From IMG/VR virus record IMGVR_UViG_3300030376_006611, positions 549-64,548 of that record: a stretch of 64,000 nt of DNA; one strand, written 5' to 3'. The position numbers were made by a program, and so were the translations under genes. Positions within the stretch are counted from its first letter, which is position 1. Each line of letters begins with the position of its first letter. Positions 1 through 9,854 of the stretch are shown piece by piece. The notes under the pieces are model-generated. The model did no database searches. It saw only the letters and a program-made list of their open reading frames with translations, and was not told the DNA's origin. This stretch comes from a virus. Taxonomy: Duplodnaviria > Caudoviricetes.

Positions 1-2
1 AT

Positions 3-917
3 CCATCTGAGTTAAATGAGGTAACTAGGCAGTTTCCATTTACCACCGACGAGGCCTTCAGGGACAGTATCGAGGGAAGTGTATTTAACATCGGGAAGAT
101 TTACGAGCAGGTACAGTACAATGACGACCTCTTTCCAAATCCTGTTGTTCGTGGAAATTTCGTATGGAAGGACGGTGTTCAGGATGGCAGGGTTGTTTTT
201 TCTCCAGATGCCAAGGGTAGGTTTAGGGTTTCTTGGATGCCACCCAAAGACATGAGAAACGTATCTCTAACAGATCGAGGCAAGCGTATTCCACCTAATG
301 CAGAGCTGGGGGTAGGCGGGGTTGACTCCTACGACCTTGACGCCACCGTCGATGGACGGGGGTCGAAAGGAGCGCTACACCTGTACAACAAGTTTCACAT
401 GGAGCATCCATCGAACATGTTTGTACTGGAGTATGCGTCCCGTCCGCCTTTGGCTAAAATTTTTTACGAGGATTGCCTTATGGCCGCTTTTTTCTACGGT
501 TACCCACTGTTGATTGAGAACAACAAGTACGGTATTGCAAGATACTTTGAATCAAGGGGTTACGATGGTTATTTAATGGATAGACCATCCCATTTATCAT
601 CTGGGTCCTCTACCATAAAGGTCAAGACCAAGGGCATCCCATCAAACTCTCAGGATGTAATTCAGTCTCATGCTCATGCGATTGAAGGATATGTTCATGA
701 TCATGTTGGGATCAACAGAGAAACTGGCGACTACGGCAACATGTATTTTAACAGAACGCTAGAGGACTGGATTGGTTTTCAGATAGACAACAGAACCAAG
801 TTTGACCTTACAATCTCCTCTGGACTCGCTCTACTTGCTGCGCAAAAAGTCAAATCAAAGCCAAAGAAAGACTTCTCTGAAGCCAAATTCTTTAGGCGTT
901 ATAAGCCCATAGGATGA
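3..917 (+). CDS. terL: Terminase large subunit, C-terminal part (5'-truncated by window edge)
   Basis: Frame open from base 3 (PSELNEVTRQFPFTTDEAF...) into the tracked ORF at 237; nuclease-type motifs GVDSYD and FDLTISSG; lies directly upstream of the portal. Confidence 0.88.
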   Translation, partial: PSELNEVTRQFPFTTDEAFRDSIEGSVFNIGKIYEQVQYNDDLFPNPVVRGNFVWKDGVQDGRVVFSPDAKGRFRVSWMPPKDMRNVSLTDRGKRIPPNAELGVGGVDSYDLDATVDGRGSKGALHLYNKFHMEHPSNMFVLEYASRPPLAKIFYEDCLMAAFFYGYPLLIENNKYGIARYFESRGYDGYLMDRPSHLSSGSSTIKVKTKGIPSNSQDVIQSHAHAIEGYVHDHVGINRETGDYGNMYFNRTLEDWIGFQIDNRTKFDLTISSGLALLAAQKVKSKPKKDFSEAKFFRRYKPIG

Positions 918-922
918 TTTGT

Positions 923-931
923 TATATTTGC
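923..931 (+). promoter_or_regulatory. Bacteroidota-type -7 promoter element TATATTTGC (portal operon)
   Basis: Matches TAnnTTTG; the same 9-mer recurs before many late genes. Confidence 0.7.
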
Positions 932-947
932 ACTATAATCGGGATAA

Positions 948-3365
948 ATGTACAGCAACTCTAAGGCCAACAAATCTTTCCCTGATCCTCTACTTCCTGC
1001 TGAGAAAAAAGCGGATAAGAGGTATGGGATGAAATACGCTAAGGCTATCGAGGCCCAGTGGAGGGGTTCATCCGATAAGAACTCGCTCCAGAAGCGTAGA
1101 AGAAAGATATTTCAAAGAAACAGAAAGTACTCTCTCGGCATTCAGGACACCTCCATCTACAAGAGGCTGTTGAACAATGTCGACCCCAACTCAGGAGACG
1201 GCAGCTTGATGAATCTGGATTACACTCCAGTACCGATTCTGCCCAAGTTTGTTCGCATCGTAGTTAACAAGATTCTTTCTAAGAATCCATATCCCAACCT
1301 TGAGGCTATTGATCCGTTCTCTTCTTCGGAAAAAAACAACGAAAAGCGTAGGATCAAAAATCAGGTAGAGCTTAGAGATGAGCTTAAGAAGCTTAAGGAA
1401 GCCACAGGGGGTCTTATTTTGGGCGATGATCCAGACAAGCTTCCTGAGACTATGGAGGAGGCTGAAATCTACCTCGACAGCAACGTCAAGACTGACGGTG
1501 AAATCTCTGCTCAGATTGCAACGAATCTTACGCTTTCCTGGAACAACTTTAATGACGGCATATTCAGACGTTGCGTTAATGACATGGTTGCCCTTGGTAT
1601 GTCTGTTATTAAGAGATCTAACGATCCAAACATAGGTATTCGTGTTGAATATGTAGATCCAGAGAAGTTTGTGCATAGCTACACAGAGGATCCTTCGTTT
1701 GACGACCTTGTATACGCTGGCCATATTAAGACCATTACGATCTCTGAGCTTAAACGCATGGCTGGGGATCAGTTGTCTGAGGAGGATTACCAGAAGATTT
1801 CTCAGAAATCAAAGGGTACTGGAGTAAGCGGTAATGCTACGCAGTACGATGACCTTGGTGACAGAACAATGTACGAATACGATGAGTACACGATCGACAT
1901 CCTTGAGTTTGAGTTTCTGAGCGTTGATACCATGTTCTTCGAGGAGAAGGAGAACAAGTTTGGAAATAGTAACTTCTACTACCAGGGCTTCTCTCAAAAG
2001 GTCGGGAAGGACAGCGTGTTTGAGGCCTCCCCAGAGAAGCTTCAGATTGAGTGCATTTACGGTGGCATCTATATCATGGGGACTGATCACTTGATCAACT
2101 ATGGTAAGCAGTCCAATATGCCTAGAAACATTCACGATCTGTCTAGAGCAAAGCTTTCATATTCTGTGGTGTCTACGAACATCAACAGAATGATGCCTAA
2201 GTCGATGGTTGATAGCTGCGTTGGTTTTGCCGACATGCTCCAGCTTACACATCTTAAGATTCAGCAGGCTATCGCCAAGGCAAAGCCTGATGGACTTATC
2301 ATCGACATCGAGGGGTTGGAAAATGTGCAGCTCGGAAAGGGCGGAGAACTCCAGCCGCTGGACCTTCACGATATCTACGAGCAGACTGGTGTATTCTATT
2401 ACAGAAGTAAGAATCCAGATGGCACTGGTCAAGCACCTCCTATCAGAGAGATTGGTAATGCGATCAGGAACATCAACGAGCTTATCGCTCTTTACAACCA
2501 CTACCTGAGACTCATTAGAGATACTACGGGTATCAATGAGGCTATGGATGCGTCTTCACCGAAAGGTGATGCGCTGGTCGGTGTTAGACAGCAGGCTATC
2601 GCTGCAGGAAACAATGCCATATATGACATTACGAATGCGTCGATGATCCTTTACAAAAAGGTGTGCAGCGATATCGTTAAGTGCCTTCAGATTATCCCTG
2701 AGGGGTCTGTTATCTCTAAAGCCTATGAGAACGCTATTGGAAAGGAGAACATGACAGCCTTGACATCGTTCAAGGATCTGCCAATGTTCAACTTCGGTGT
2801 TCAGGTGGTAAAGGAGATGGAGACAGAGGATAAGCAGTACCTGGAGCAAAGCATTCAGGTTGCGCTCGGCCAGAAAGAGATTGACCTTGAGGACGCCCTG
2901 ATTGTGAGGAACATGAAGGATGTGAATCAGGCAGAAAGGCTTCTTATGGTAAAGCGCAAGAATCGACAGAAGCAGCAGGCTCAGGTCGCTCAGCAAAATT
3001 CTCAGCAACAGGCTCAGGTTGCCCAGCAAGCAGCTCAAGCTGCGGCACAGGCTAAGCAGCAGGAGCTTCAGACAGAGGCTCAGCTTGAGATGCAAAAGAT
3101 TCAGGCCAAGACTCAGTCGGAGATGGAGCTTGAGAAACTTAAGCATGAGCACAGAAGAGAGATTGAGATGATTAGGGCGCAGGCCACGCTTGGATTTAGA
3201 ACTGAGGATCAGGAGTTTAGAGAGAAGCTTGAGACCATGAAGGAGGAGGGTAAGGTATCCCGCGTTGATCAGCAGGCCTCTCTTACCAGCAAGCTCATCG
3301 CTCAGCGTCAAGGACAGGGTGGCCAGTTCGAAGAAATGGATGAAAACATTGAAAACAATCTGTAA
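948..3365 (+). CDS. Portal protein (crAss-like, ~800 aa, Q/A-rich coiled-coil C-terminus)
   Basis: Size, position after terL, motifs LDYTPVPILPKFV and DGLIIDIEGL, helical C-terminal region. Confidence 0.82.
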   Translation: MYSNSKANKSFPDPLLPAEKKADKRYGMKYAKAIEAQWRGSSDKNSLQKRRRKIFQRNRKYSLGIQDTSIYKRLLNNVDPNSGDGSLMNLDYTPVPILPKFVRIVVNKILSKNPYPNLEAIDPFSSSEKNNEKRRIKNQVELRDELKKLKEATGGLILGDDPDKLPETMEEAEIYLDSNVKTDGEISAQIATNLTLSWNNFNDGIFRRCVNDMVALGMSVIKRSNDPNIGIRVEYVDPEKFVHSYTEDPSFDDLVYAGHIKTITISELKRMAGDQLSEEDYQKISQKSKGTGVSGNATQYDDLGDRTMYEYDEYTIDILEFEFLSVDTMFFEEKENKFGNSNFYYQGFSQKVGKDSVFEASPEKLQIECIYGGIYIMGTDHLINYGKQSNMPRNIHDLSRAKLSYSVVSTNINRMMPKSMVDSCVGFADMLQLTHLKIQQAIAKAKPDGLIIDIEGLENVQLGKGGELQPLDLHDIYEQTGVFYYRSKNPDGTGQAPPIREIGNAIRNINELIALYNHYLRLIRDTTGINEAMDASSPKGDALVGVRQQAIAAGNNAIYDITNASMILYKKVCSDIVKCLQIIPEGSVISKAYENAIGKENMTALTSFKDLPMFNFGVQVVKEMETEDKQYLEQSIQVALGQKEIDLEDALIVRNMKDVNQAERLLMVKRKNRQKQQAQVAQQNSQQQAQVAQQAAQAAAQAKQQELQTEAQLEMQKIQAKTQSEMELEKLKHEHRREIEMIRAQATLGFRTEDQEFREKLETMKEEGKVSRVDQQASLTSKLIAQRQGQGGQFEEMDENIENNL

Positions 3366-3787
3366 TGAGCCAGGTGAATTTTGACGTAGCGCAGACCTTA
3401 GATATTATCTGCGTAAAAGGAGACACATTCTCTTTAGATCTAACCCTTAAGGATTCGTCTGGTACGGCGATCGACATTACCAACTACGTGTTCTACACGC
3501 AGGTCTTTGATGGATCAAAGCTTCTTATTTCTACGACGGACTCAAAGGACAGTGGGCTTCAAAGAGTTTCTGACGGGAACATCGTTGTGACCAAAAACGC
3601 TGATCAAACAACAAACACTGGGAAGTTCAACATCTCAATAACCTCCGCCGTAATGTCAAACATCTCTGCGGGTGGCTATATATATGAGATTCAAATGAGC
3701 ACCACTGGTGACGTCACTGGTGTGGACACTACAATTTTGAAGGGGGCGTTTGTAGTTAATCAAGACCTGGCACAACCGAGGAGGTAA
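3365..3787 (+). CDS. BppU-N-like beta-sandwich virion protein
   Basis: LDIICVKGDTFSLDLTLKD...IDITNY...GGYIYEIQ...LKGAFVV pattern; TAATG-coupled to the portal gene. Confidence 0.5.
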   Translation: MSQVNFDVAQTLDIICVKGDTFSLDLTLKDSSGTAIDITNYVFYTQVFDGSKLLISTTDSKDSGLQRVSDGNIVVTKNADQTTNTGKFNISITSAVMSNISAGGYIYEIQMSTTGDVTGVDTTILKGAFVVNQDLAQPRR

Positions 3788-3900
3788 TGTCTGTTGTTGA
3801 CGTCACAGCCCCTACGAGCTACCAAATTACCGTATCCGCACCTTCACTATATTTGTTGACGGAAACAAGTCCAACAACATACGTGATAACCAGGCCGTAA
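3787..3900 (+). CDS. 37-aa hypothetical protein (MSVVDVTAPTSYQITVSAPSLYLLTETSPTTYVITRP), not in ORF track
   Basis: Fills the gap exactly, with TAATG overlaps at both ends. Confidence 0.6.
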   Translation: MSVVDVTAPTSYQITVSAPSLYLLTETSPTTYVITRP

Positions 3901-4217
3901 TGCAGCTCGTCAAAGAAAACAAGAAGGGGAGAAAGGGAAAAATGCCCAAGAAGTTTTCTGTCAAGAGTGGGGACAAGTCTCCATCTGGCGGATTGACGGC
4001 AAAGGGAGTTAGAAGGTATAGGGCTGCAAACCCTGGCAGCAAGCTTAAAACTGCTGTCACTGGTAAGGTCAAAAAAGGTAGCAAGGCAGCCAAGAGACGC
4101 AAGTCTTTCTGCTCACGCATGTGCGGTATGAAGAAGAGGCTGACCAGCTCCAAGACCGCAAGAAACCCGAACTCGCGCATCAACAAGGCGTTGCGTAAAT
4201 GGAAATGTCGCTGCTAA
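3900..4217 (+). CDS. Small Lys/Arg-rich conserved phage protein (recalled as DUF6321-like)
   Basis: KSFCSRMCGMKKRLTSSKTARNPNSRINKALRKWKC motif. Confidence 0.6.
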   Translation: MQLVKENKKGRKGKMPKKFSVKSGDKSPSGGLTAKGVRRYRAANPGSKLKTAVTGKVKKGSKAAKRRKSFCSRMCGMKKRLTSSKTARNPNSRINKALRKWKCRC

Positions 4218-4227
4218 AAAAAAAATA

Positions 4228-4485
4228 ATGCCACAAGGAAAAGGTACATACGGAAATCAAGTAGGAAGACCCCCAAAAGCCAAAGATGGCATGAGGGTTC
4301 TTAAGAAAGGATCAAAAGCTCCAAAGCTTGACATTTTGAACAAATCAGTTATGGTAGATCCCCCAAAGGGATTTCACTGGATGGAAGAGAATGGCAGATA
4401 CTATCTTATGAAAGGTGATTACAAGCCACATCCAGGTGCAGTTAAACAGGCTAAGTTTAAGCAGGCTAATCACCCCAAATCGTGA
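4228..4485 (+). CDS. Small basic hypothetical protein
   Basis: MPQGKGTYGNQVGRPPK start; part of a cluster of basic ORFs. Confidence 0.7.
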   Translation: MPQGKGTYGNQVGRPPKAKDGMRVLKKGSKAPKLDILNKSVMVDPPKGFHWMEENGRYYLMKGDYKPHPGAVKQAKFKQANHPKS

Positions 4486-4655
4486 AGGTTTATAAGAAAG
4501 GCGGTAAGTCTAAGAAGAAGGGAAAGAGAGACGCCTGTTACCACAAGGTGAGATCTAGATATAGTGTGTGGCCATCGGCCTACGCTTCTGGCGCTCTTGT
4601 GCGCTGTAGAAAGGTGGGGGCTGCAAACTGGGGCAACAAGTCCAAGAAGAAGTAA
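4482..4655 (+). CDS. 57-aa basic protein (GTG start) with WPSAYASGALVRCRK motif, not in ORF track
   Basis: GTGA overlap with the upstream stop and TAATG overlap downstream; motif recalled from marine phage proteins. Confidence 0.7.
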   Translation: MKVYKKGGKSKKKGKRDACYHKVRSRYSVWPSAYASGALVRCRKVGAANWGNKSKKK

Positions 4656-4918
4656 TGGCTAAGGAGGGTCTCAGAAAATGGTTTGGCAGAAACCAGGGCA
4701 GGGGCTGGGCTGACTGCAAGGCGTCAAAGCGTGCAGGTAAGTTTGTGCCATGCGGAAGAAAGAAGGCCAGCAAAAGTAGAGGCACTGGATACCCTGCATG
4801 TAGACCCACTGTCGCTCAGTGCAATAGCGCTGCCTCAAAGAAGACAAGCTCTAAGCGCATCTCATGGAAGGGCAAGAAGAAGGCTACCCCAGGTATGCGA
4901 TTAGTGAAGTCCAAATAA
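4655..4918 (+). CDS. Small basic Cys-containing protein (GLRKWF...CGR...YPACRP family)
   Basis: Motif pattern; coupled to the previous ORF. Confidence 0.7.
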   Translation: MAKEGLRKWFGRNQGRGWADCKASKRAGKFVPCGRKKASKSRGTGYPACRPTVAQCNSAASKKTSSKRISWKGKKKATPGMRLVKSK

Positions 4919-4922
4919 TACC

Positions 4923-4931
4923 TATATTTGC
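4923..4931 (+). promoter_or_regulatory. -7 promoter element TATATTTGC (capsid operon)
   Basis: Exact copy of the recurring motif, upstream of the ATG at 4950. Confidence 0.7.
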
Positions 4932-4949
4932 ACAAACTAACAAATCAAA

Positions 4950-5351
4950 ATGGCTACAACTACTGTAACTCTTAGCATTTCCAGCGGTGATTTGACTGGC
5001 GACGCCCTTGCGCTCTCGTCTACGACCAATATCAACAAGGCTGGAACAACCACTGGTCTTGACCAAACGACTGGTGTCGCACGTAAATTCTTTGCATCTG
5101 CTCAGGCTAATACAACTCTGATCGCTGCTGCGGATTACACTGCGGGTAAGGCTCACAAGGTCTACATCAAGAACATTTCCACCAGCCCCTCTGAGTTCGT
5201 TAAGGTTGAACTCGGATCGAGCAACCTTTCTCTTGGTTTTCTCTACGGTGGAGACTTCATGTTTATCCCTTATGACGGCGAGAACGATATCGACATTGAT
5301 ACGTCTGCCGTTAACATGACCGTCGAGTACCTCGTTATCTACGAAGCGTAA
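4950..5351 (+). CDS. Putative virion beta-sandwich (decoration) protein, paralog 1
   Basis: Shares the VYIKN...GGDFMFIP pattern with the next ORF. Confidence 0.55.
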   Translation: MATTTVTLSISSGDLTGDALALSSTTNINKAGTTTGLDQTTGVARKFFASAQANTTLIAAADYTAGKAHKVYIKNISTSPSEFVKVELGSSNLSLGFLYGGDFMFIPYDGENDIDIDTSAVNMTVEYLVIYEA

Positions 5352-5758
5352 TGGCGCTGGTTAGAGTCAGCTTGGCTTTGTCCAGCTCGGACGTGCTTTC
5401 GTCTCCACTAAGTTTGGGGGTGGATGCAGGCCTTGTCGTTGACTCTGGTAACCTAATCAGAGCCAAGGTCAAGGGTACCGCAGCTGATACAAACGATTTG
5501 GCGATCTATATCGCAAATCAATGTACAGAAAGAGCTTACCTGTACATCAAAAACATGGAGCGTGAGCTTGAGAACTACATCTACATTCACAACGACACTG
5601 ACACTGGTCTCGTAGCCAAGATCGGTGGTGGTGAGTTTGCATTTATCCCAATATCGCCCGACAAGAAGTATGAGGTGTACGGTACAAAGGTGAACAGCTT
5701 GATTGAATACGGTGTGTTCGGTAACGATGATTCAGACAACCCATACGGAGGTTCATAA
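5351..5758 (+). CDS. Putative virion beta-sandwich protein, paralog 2
   Basis: LYIKN...GGEFAFIP; tandem paralog of 4950..5351. Confidence 0.55.
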   Translation: MALVRVSLALSSSDVLSSPLSLGVDAGLVVDSGNLIRAKVKGTAADTNDLAIYIANQCTERAYLYIKNMERELENYIYIHNDTDTGLVAKIGGGEFAFIPISPDKKYEVYGTKVNSLIEYGVFGNDDSDNPYGGS

Positions 5759-5768
5759 TAACTAAGAC

Positions 5769-6119
5769 ATGGCAACATTAGCAAATCAGGGGATGTCCTC
5801 TCAAATGGCCTTCGGTCAGCACGGAAGTGCATACATAGACACTGCTACGGCACTAACTCCTCCATCTGGAAAGGTGATTGTCGCAATCCAGTTTCTTGCC
5901 GATAACACCCCCACGGGGCTTGTTGCGGAGGACCCCAAGACGATATTTAATACTGCGGAGGCGGCTCATAACGAATCTACAGCAACTTCAGTAGAGGGCA
6001 CTGGGGGCCTTATTCTCGCTTCACAGGTCTTTCCAAAGGGATTGACAATCTACGGCAGATGGACATCATTTACTCCGTCCGCCGCTGGTTGCATCGTCTA
6101 CTTTGGTCCAGCCAAGTAA
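5769..6119 (+). CDS. Small putative virion protein (FPKGLTIYGRWT motif)
   Basis: Clean ORF in the capsid operon. Confidence 0.6.
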   Translation: MATLANQGMSSQMAFGQHGSAYIDTATALTPPSGKVIVAIQFLADNTPTGLVAEDPKTIFNTAEAAHNESTATSVEGTGGLILASQVFPKGLTIYGRWTSFTPSAAGCIVYFGPAK

Positions 6120-6141
6120 TTAATAAAAACAATTTAATACA

Positions 6142-7206
6142 ATGGAAGAGCAGGGAAACACAACTGCTGGCTTCGAGGTGTTTGACACACCAGAGGCCAT
6201 GATGGAGGCTGAGGCCCCACAACAACAAGAAGAACAATCATTTGACCAAGCACCAGCTCCAATGGAGGAGCCGCAAGGTCAAGAACAACCGCCTCAGGAA
6301 TCAGCATACGTTGACCCCGAGGCACCATCACAGCCTGAATTTACTGAGACTCAGTTGGATGATATGACCCTTATGTACCTGAGCGAAAAGCTCGGTAGAC
6401 AGGTGACGTCATTCGATGAGTTTAATCAGGTTCAGGAACAGCAGCAGGTTCTCGACGAAAGAGTCGATGCGATCTCTCGGTTTGTACAGGAGACAGGGCG
6501 TTCTCCTCAAGATTGGTTTGCGTATCAGTCGCTCGATCCACAGAATATGGACGACTCTACGGCTGTGCGCGTCAAGCTTGCTACCGACTACCCAGATCTC
6601 TCGTCTCAGGAGGTGAACATGCTGATGAAGAGCAAGTATGGTGTTGATAACGACCTCGCAACAGAGGAAGAGATCAATATCGCACGGCTCAATCTTAAAA
6701 TCGCGGCACAGGAGGCCCGTCAAGACATTGCCACCATCAGGGAGGAATACTTGGCACCCGATGTGTCTCAAGGTCAGGAGTCATTTGTCAATGACGATTG
6801 GATTAACAACATGTCCCAGGAGGTGGATGCACTGCAGGCTCTAGAGTTTGATGTCGCAGACGGCAAAACCTTCCAGTTCGCGTTGGATCAATCCTATCTG
6901 TCAGAGTTGAAGGACAAGCAGGCCAACCTCGATTCCTTTTTCGATCGCTTCGTTGATGACGATGGGAACTGGAATCACGATGAGCTTTCGTCAATGTTCG
7001 CTGTGCGTGACAACATTGATCGTATCGTGTCCTCGGCCTACCGCCAGGGCATGAGCGATGGTCAGCGCAACGTCGTGTCGCAAGCCGCAAACATTTCAAC
7101 CGCATCCCCTAATACACAGGGTATGCCACAACAAGAGAATCCTCTCGGCGCACAGGTCAAAAATATCCTGCGCGGTGGGGGCGGCTTCTCGTTTGGTAAC
7201 ATCTAA
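6142..7206 (+). CDS. Acidic scaffold-like protein preceding the major capsid protein
   Basis: E/Q/P-rich N-terminus, acidic helical body, position immediately before the capsid gene as in crAss-like phages. Confidence 0.6.
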   Translation: MEEQGNTTAGFEVFDTPEAMMEAEAPQQQEEQSFDQAPAPMEEPQGQEQPPQESAYVDPEAPSQPEFTETQLDDMTLMYLSEKLGRQVTSFDEFNQVQEQQQVLDERVDAISRFVQETGRSPQDWFAYQSLDPQNMDDSTAVRVKLATDYPDLSSQEVNMLMKSKYGVDNDLATEEEINIARLNLKIAAQEARQDIATIREEYLAPDVSQGQESFVNDDWINNMSQEVDALQALEFDVADGKTFQFALDQSYLSELKDKQANLDSFFDRFVDDDGNWNHDELSSMFAVRDNIDRIVSSAYRQGMSDGQRNVVSQAANISTASPNTQGMPQQENPLGAQVKNILRGGGGFSFGNI

Positions 7207-7218
7207 TACTAAGAAAAA

Positions 7219-8652
7219 ATGGCTGATCTCGGATCAACTCCCAGTACTTACAGCACTACCTCAGTGTCTGACAAGACTGTGAAAAATACTTTGCTGTCTA
7301 GAGGCTTTAAAATTACGCCCGACAGCTACACTACTATCGACGAGCTTATCAAGGCGACCCGCGAGGACGTCATGCCTGAGCTTATTCAAATCTATGGTGA
7401 CCAAGGCTTGACGGGCTTCTTGAAGCTCACTGGCGCTGTAAACAGCGGTGGCTCTTCTGACCAGATTGACTGGTGGGAAGCTGGCCGTCGTCACAGAGCA
7501 TACAGTGGCATTGCATTGGGTACCCCAGGCGGCGCTGCAAGCTTGACGGTTTCTGACGCTACATTTATTGCCGACGTTCAAAAGAACGACGTCGTGATGG
7601 ACGCGGAGACTGGTGTTCGTTTCATCGTTCAGGATGGTGGTGCTGGAGCAGGTACGCCTGCGACCAATGTCACGCTGGTGAAGATGGATAACACCGCCAT
7701 CGCGAATGCTGACGTTACTGCTTCTAACGCTACGCTGCTGGTTATCGGTAACATCTACGCACAGGGCACGAACCAGCCTACTGGTTTCACTGACCCAGGC
7801 ATGAAGCGTTACACCAACCCATACATGATCGTCAAGGATCGCTACGAGGTCAACGGATCTCAAGCTACCAATGTCGGTTACGTAAACTTGGGCGGTGGTG
7901 ACTACCGCTGGTTCATGTACGGTGAGAAAGAGGCTCGTGCGCGTTTCGAGGACAAGCGTGAATTGATGATGCTCTTCGGAGAAAAGAGATCTGGTTCCGC
8001 TGGTACAGCTTTGGACAACGCTATGGCTGGCTCTGAGGGTTACTTCTCAGCCATCGAGGACAGAGGTATCGTCGTTCAGAACGCATCTTCTAACCCACTC
8101 GACAGCTTCTCTGAGTTCGACGACATCATCTTGGAGTTGGATAAGCAGGGCGCTCCTTCTGAGTACGCAATGTACGTAAACAGAAAGCAGGACCTCGCTA
8201 TCGACGACATGTTGGCTGCAGGTATCGCTACTGGTGTGACTGCTGGTCTCCCAGGTCAGTTCGGTGCCTTCCAGAACAACGCAGATATGGCTGTCCAGCT
8301 CGGATTTAAGAGCTTTACTCGCGGTGGCTACACCTTCCACAAGCACGACTGGAGATTGTTGAACGATCCAACGATGTTGGGTGCTGCAACTAACAACTTC
8401 ATCCAGGGCGCTATGGTTCCATTGAGAACGGTCAATGACGCAAGAAGCGGTGCTTCTGTGCCAGCCCTCTCTATGTACTACAAGGAGGCTAATGGCTACT
8501 CTCGTGAGATGGAGCACTGGGTGTCTGGCGGTGGCGTGTTGGGTCACACCAACAACGGTGACGCTGGTACGGACCAGGCTGTATTCCACTACAGATCAGA
8601 AATTGCTCTCTGCGTTCGCGCTGCAAACCAGCACGTAATGATCAAGGGGTAA
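7219..8652 (+). CDS. Major capsid protein
   Basis: 477 aa, strongly biased codons, crAss-like motifs (NPYMIVKDRYEVNGS, GFKSFTRGGYTFHKHDW). Confidence 0.85.
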   Translation: MADLGSTPSTYSTTSVSDKTVKNTLLSRGFKITPDSYTTIDELIKATREDVMPELIQIYGDQGLTGFLKLTGAVNSGGSSDQIDWWEAGRRHRAYSGIALGTPGGAASLTVSDATFIADVQKNDVVMDAETGVRFIVQDGGAGAGTPATNVTLVKMDNTAIANADVTASNATLLVIGNIYAQGTNQPTGFTDPGMKRYTNPYMIVKDRYEVNGSQATNVGYVNLGGGDYRWFMYGEKEARARFEDKRELMMLFGEKRSGSAGTALDNAMAGSEGYFSAIEDRGIVVQNASSNPLDSFSEFDDIILELDKQGAPSEYAMYVNRKQDLAIDDMLAAGIATGVTAGLPGQFGAFQNNADMAVQLGFKSFTRGGYTFHKHDWRLLNDPTMLGAATNNFIQGAMVPLRTVNDARSGASVPALSMYYKEANGYSREMEHWVSGGGVLGHTNNGDAGTDQAVFHYRSEIALCVRAANQHVMIKG

Positions 8653-8687
8653 TAGTCCATTGTTTAACTATTAAAACCTAGATCATT

Positions 8688-9146
8688 ATGGCAAAGTACA
8701 GACACAAAGAATCTGGCTCTCTTGTTGTATCAAGAAAAGTCAGAATTTCTGAAGCATTCGCAAACGGCGAAACCACAAATTTTGAAATTGAACAACCAAA
8801 AGACACTGTTATTGACAGCGTTATTGTTCGAACGGTTGGAACTGTAACCATGGCAAGCGCCGTGGACATTACTTTTAGCCTTGGAACAAACTCTAACTTT
8901 GACGGCGAGGAGGTTGTTGCTGACGTTCTTTATCTTGATGGTTCCGATAACCAAAGCGTTTTGGCTGGAACAGCTCTAACTGCTACTATTGTAGACGGCG
9001 TTAATACAGACGCCTTTGGTACTTTTGGCAATCCAGCATCTATTGTAACTGACGAAAGAACTCTTTACGGCAAGTTTGTCGTTGGCGCTGCCAACGTAAG
9101 CGGAGGTAACGAGGTTGAAGTTCACGTTGCTTTTAGACACTTCTAA
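8688..9146 (+). CDS. Capsid auxiliary/decoration protein
   Basis: Beta-rich ORF directly after the capsid gene, inside the same terminator unit. Confidence 0.55.
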   Translation: MAKYRHKESGSLVVSRKVRISEAFANGETTNFEIEQPKDTVIDSVIVRTVGTVTMASAVDITFSLGTNSNFDGEEVVADVLYLDGSDNQSVLAGTALTATIVDGVNTDAFGTFGNPASIVTDERTLYGKFVVGAANVSGGNEVEVHVAFRHF

Positions 9147-9153
9147 TGCGAAT

Positions 9154-9185
9154 GGGGCTTCGGCCCCCTTTGCTTTCTCTTTTTT
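9154..9185 (+). terminator. Intrinsic terminator GGGGC-TTCG-GCCCC plus T-rich tail
   Basis: Hairpin with C(UUCG)G loop followed by a T-rich run. Confidence 0.75.
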
Positions 9186-9208
9186 AAAACACGAAAACAA
9201 AAATTATT

Positions 9209-9781
9209 ATGGGACATTTTGATAAGCTTCAGGCTACTACGCTCGAAGCTAATAAGGTTAAAGCCTTCGGCACTAATCACGCCCTTGGGTGTAAGAAGTT
9301 CGTTAGCTTTACTGGATCATTGGCTAACATCACTAATGCTGAAGCATACGCTGACGGTGATTGTTTGGTTGAGCTTGGACAGCTCGACATGAACATTCCT
9401 GGATCTCATGTTGCGGCATCTAAGTTTATTGTTGACAAGGCCATCATTAACGTAACCACTGCTGCTGGAACCACTTTGGTGGGCACATTGAACGTCAGCG
9501 CAACGTCAGGCACGGCGCCAAACGCCGCATTGACTTCTGGCACTGAAATTGTTGGTGCTGGAGTTACATACTACGATGGTCAAGTTGCTGCGGATCTTTC
9601 TGTTACTGAGGTGGATATTAACTTGAACTCTGCTGTTGTTCAGTTGCACACTCCATTTCAGGACTTTGATGCGTCTAAGGACTTTTTGTACTTGTGCACC
9701 ACAACTACTTTGAGTACTTCAAATGCCGCAACTGCACAGGCATGTAGATTTACTGTACACCTTGAGTACACCGTAATCTAA
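9209..9781 (+). CDS. Putative capsid/head fibre accessory protein
   Basis: Beta-rich 190-aa ORF between two terminators. Confidence 0.55.
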   Translation: MGHFDKLQATTLEANKVKAFGTNHALGCKKFVSFTGSLANITNAEAYADGDCLVELGQLDMNIPGSHVAASKFIVDKAIINVTTAAGTTLVGTLNVSATSGTAPNAALTSGTEIVGAGVTYYDGQVAADLSVTEVDINLNSAVVQLHTPFQDFDASKDFLYLCTTTTLSTSNAATAQACRFTVHLEYTVI

Positions 9782-9800
9782 GAGATTTTTAATGCACGAG

Positions 9801-9828
9801 AAAGGCCCTTCGGGGCCTTTTTCTTTTT
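9801..9828 (+). terminator. Intrinsic terminator AAAGGCCC-TTCG-GGGCCTTT plus T tract
   Basis: Perfect 8-bp stem, UUCG loop, T tract. Confidence 0.85.
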
Positions 9829-9831
9829 CCC

Positions 9832-9840
9832 TATATTTGC
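9832..9840 (+). promoter_or_regulatory. -7 promoter element TATATTTGC
   Basis: Directly after the terminator; supports a true start at 9855. Confidence 0.7.
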
Positions 9841-9854
9841 GGTACTTTAGTACA

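Noticed and set aside
9792-9854. Tracked N-terminal extensions (also 11976, 26649, 39486, 44790, 49091, 54189, 61738)
   Set aside because: They translate through terminators, promoters or neighbouring genes; downstream ATGs fit the promoter and coupling pattern.
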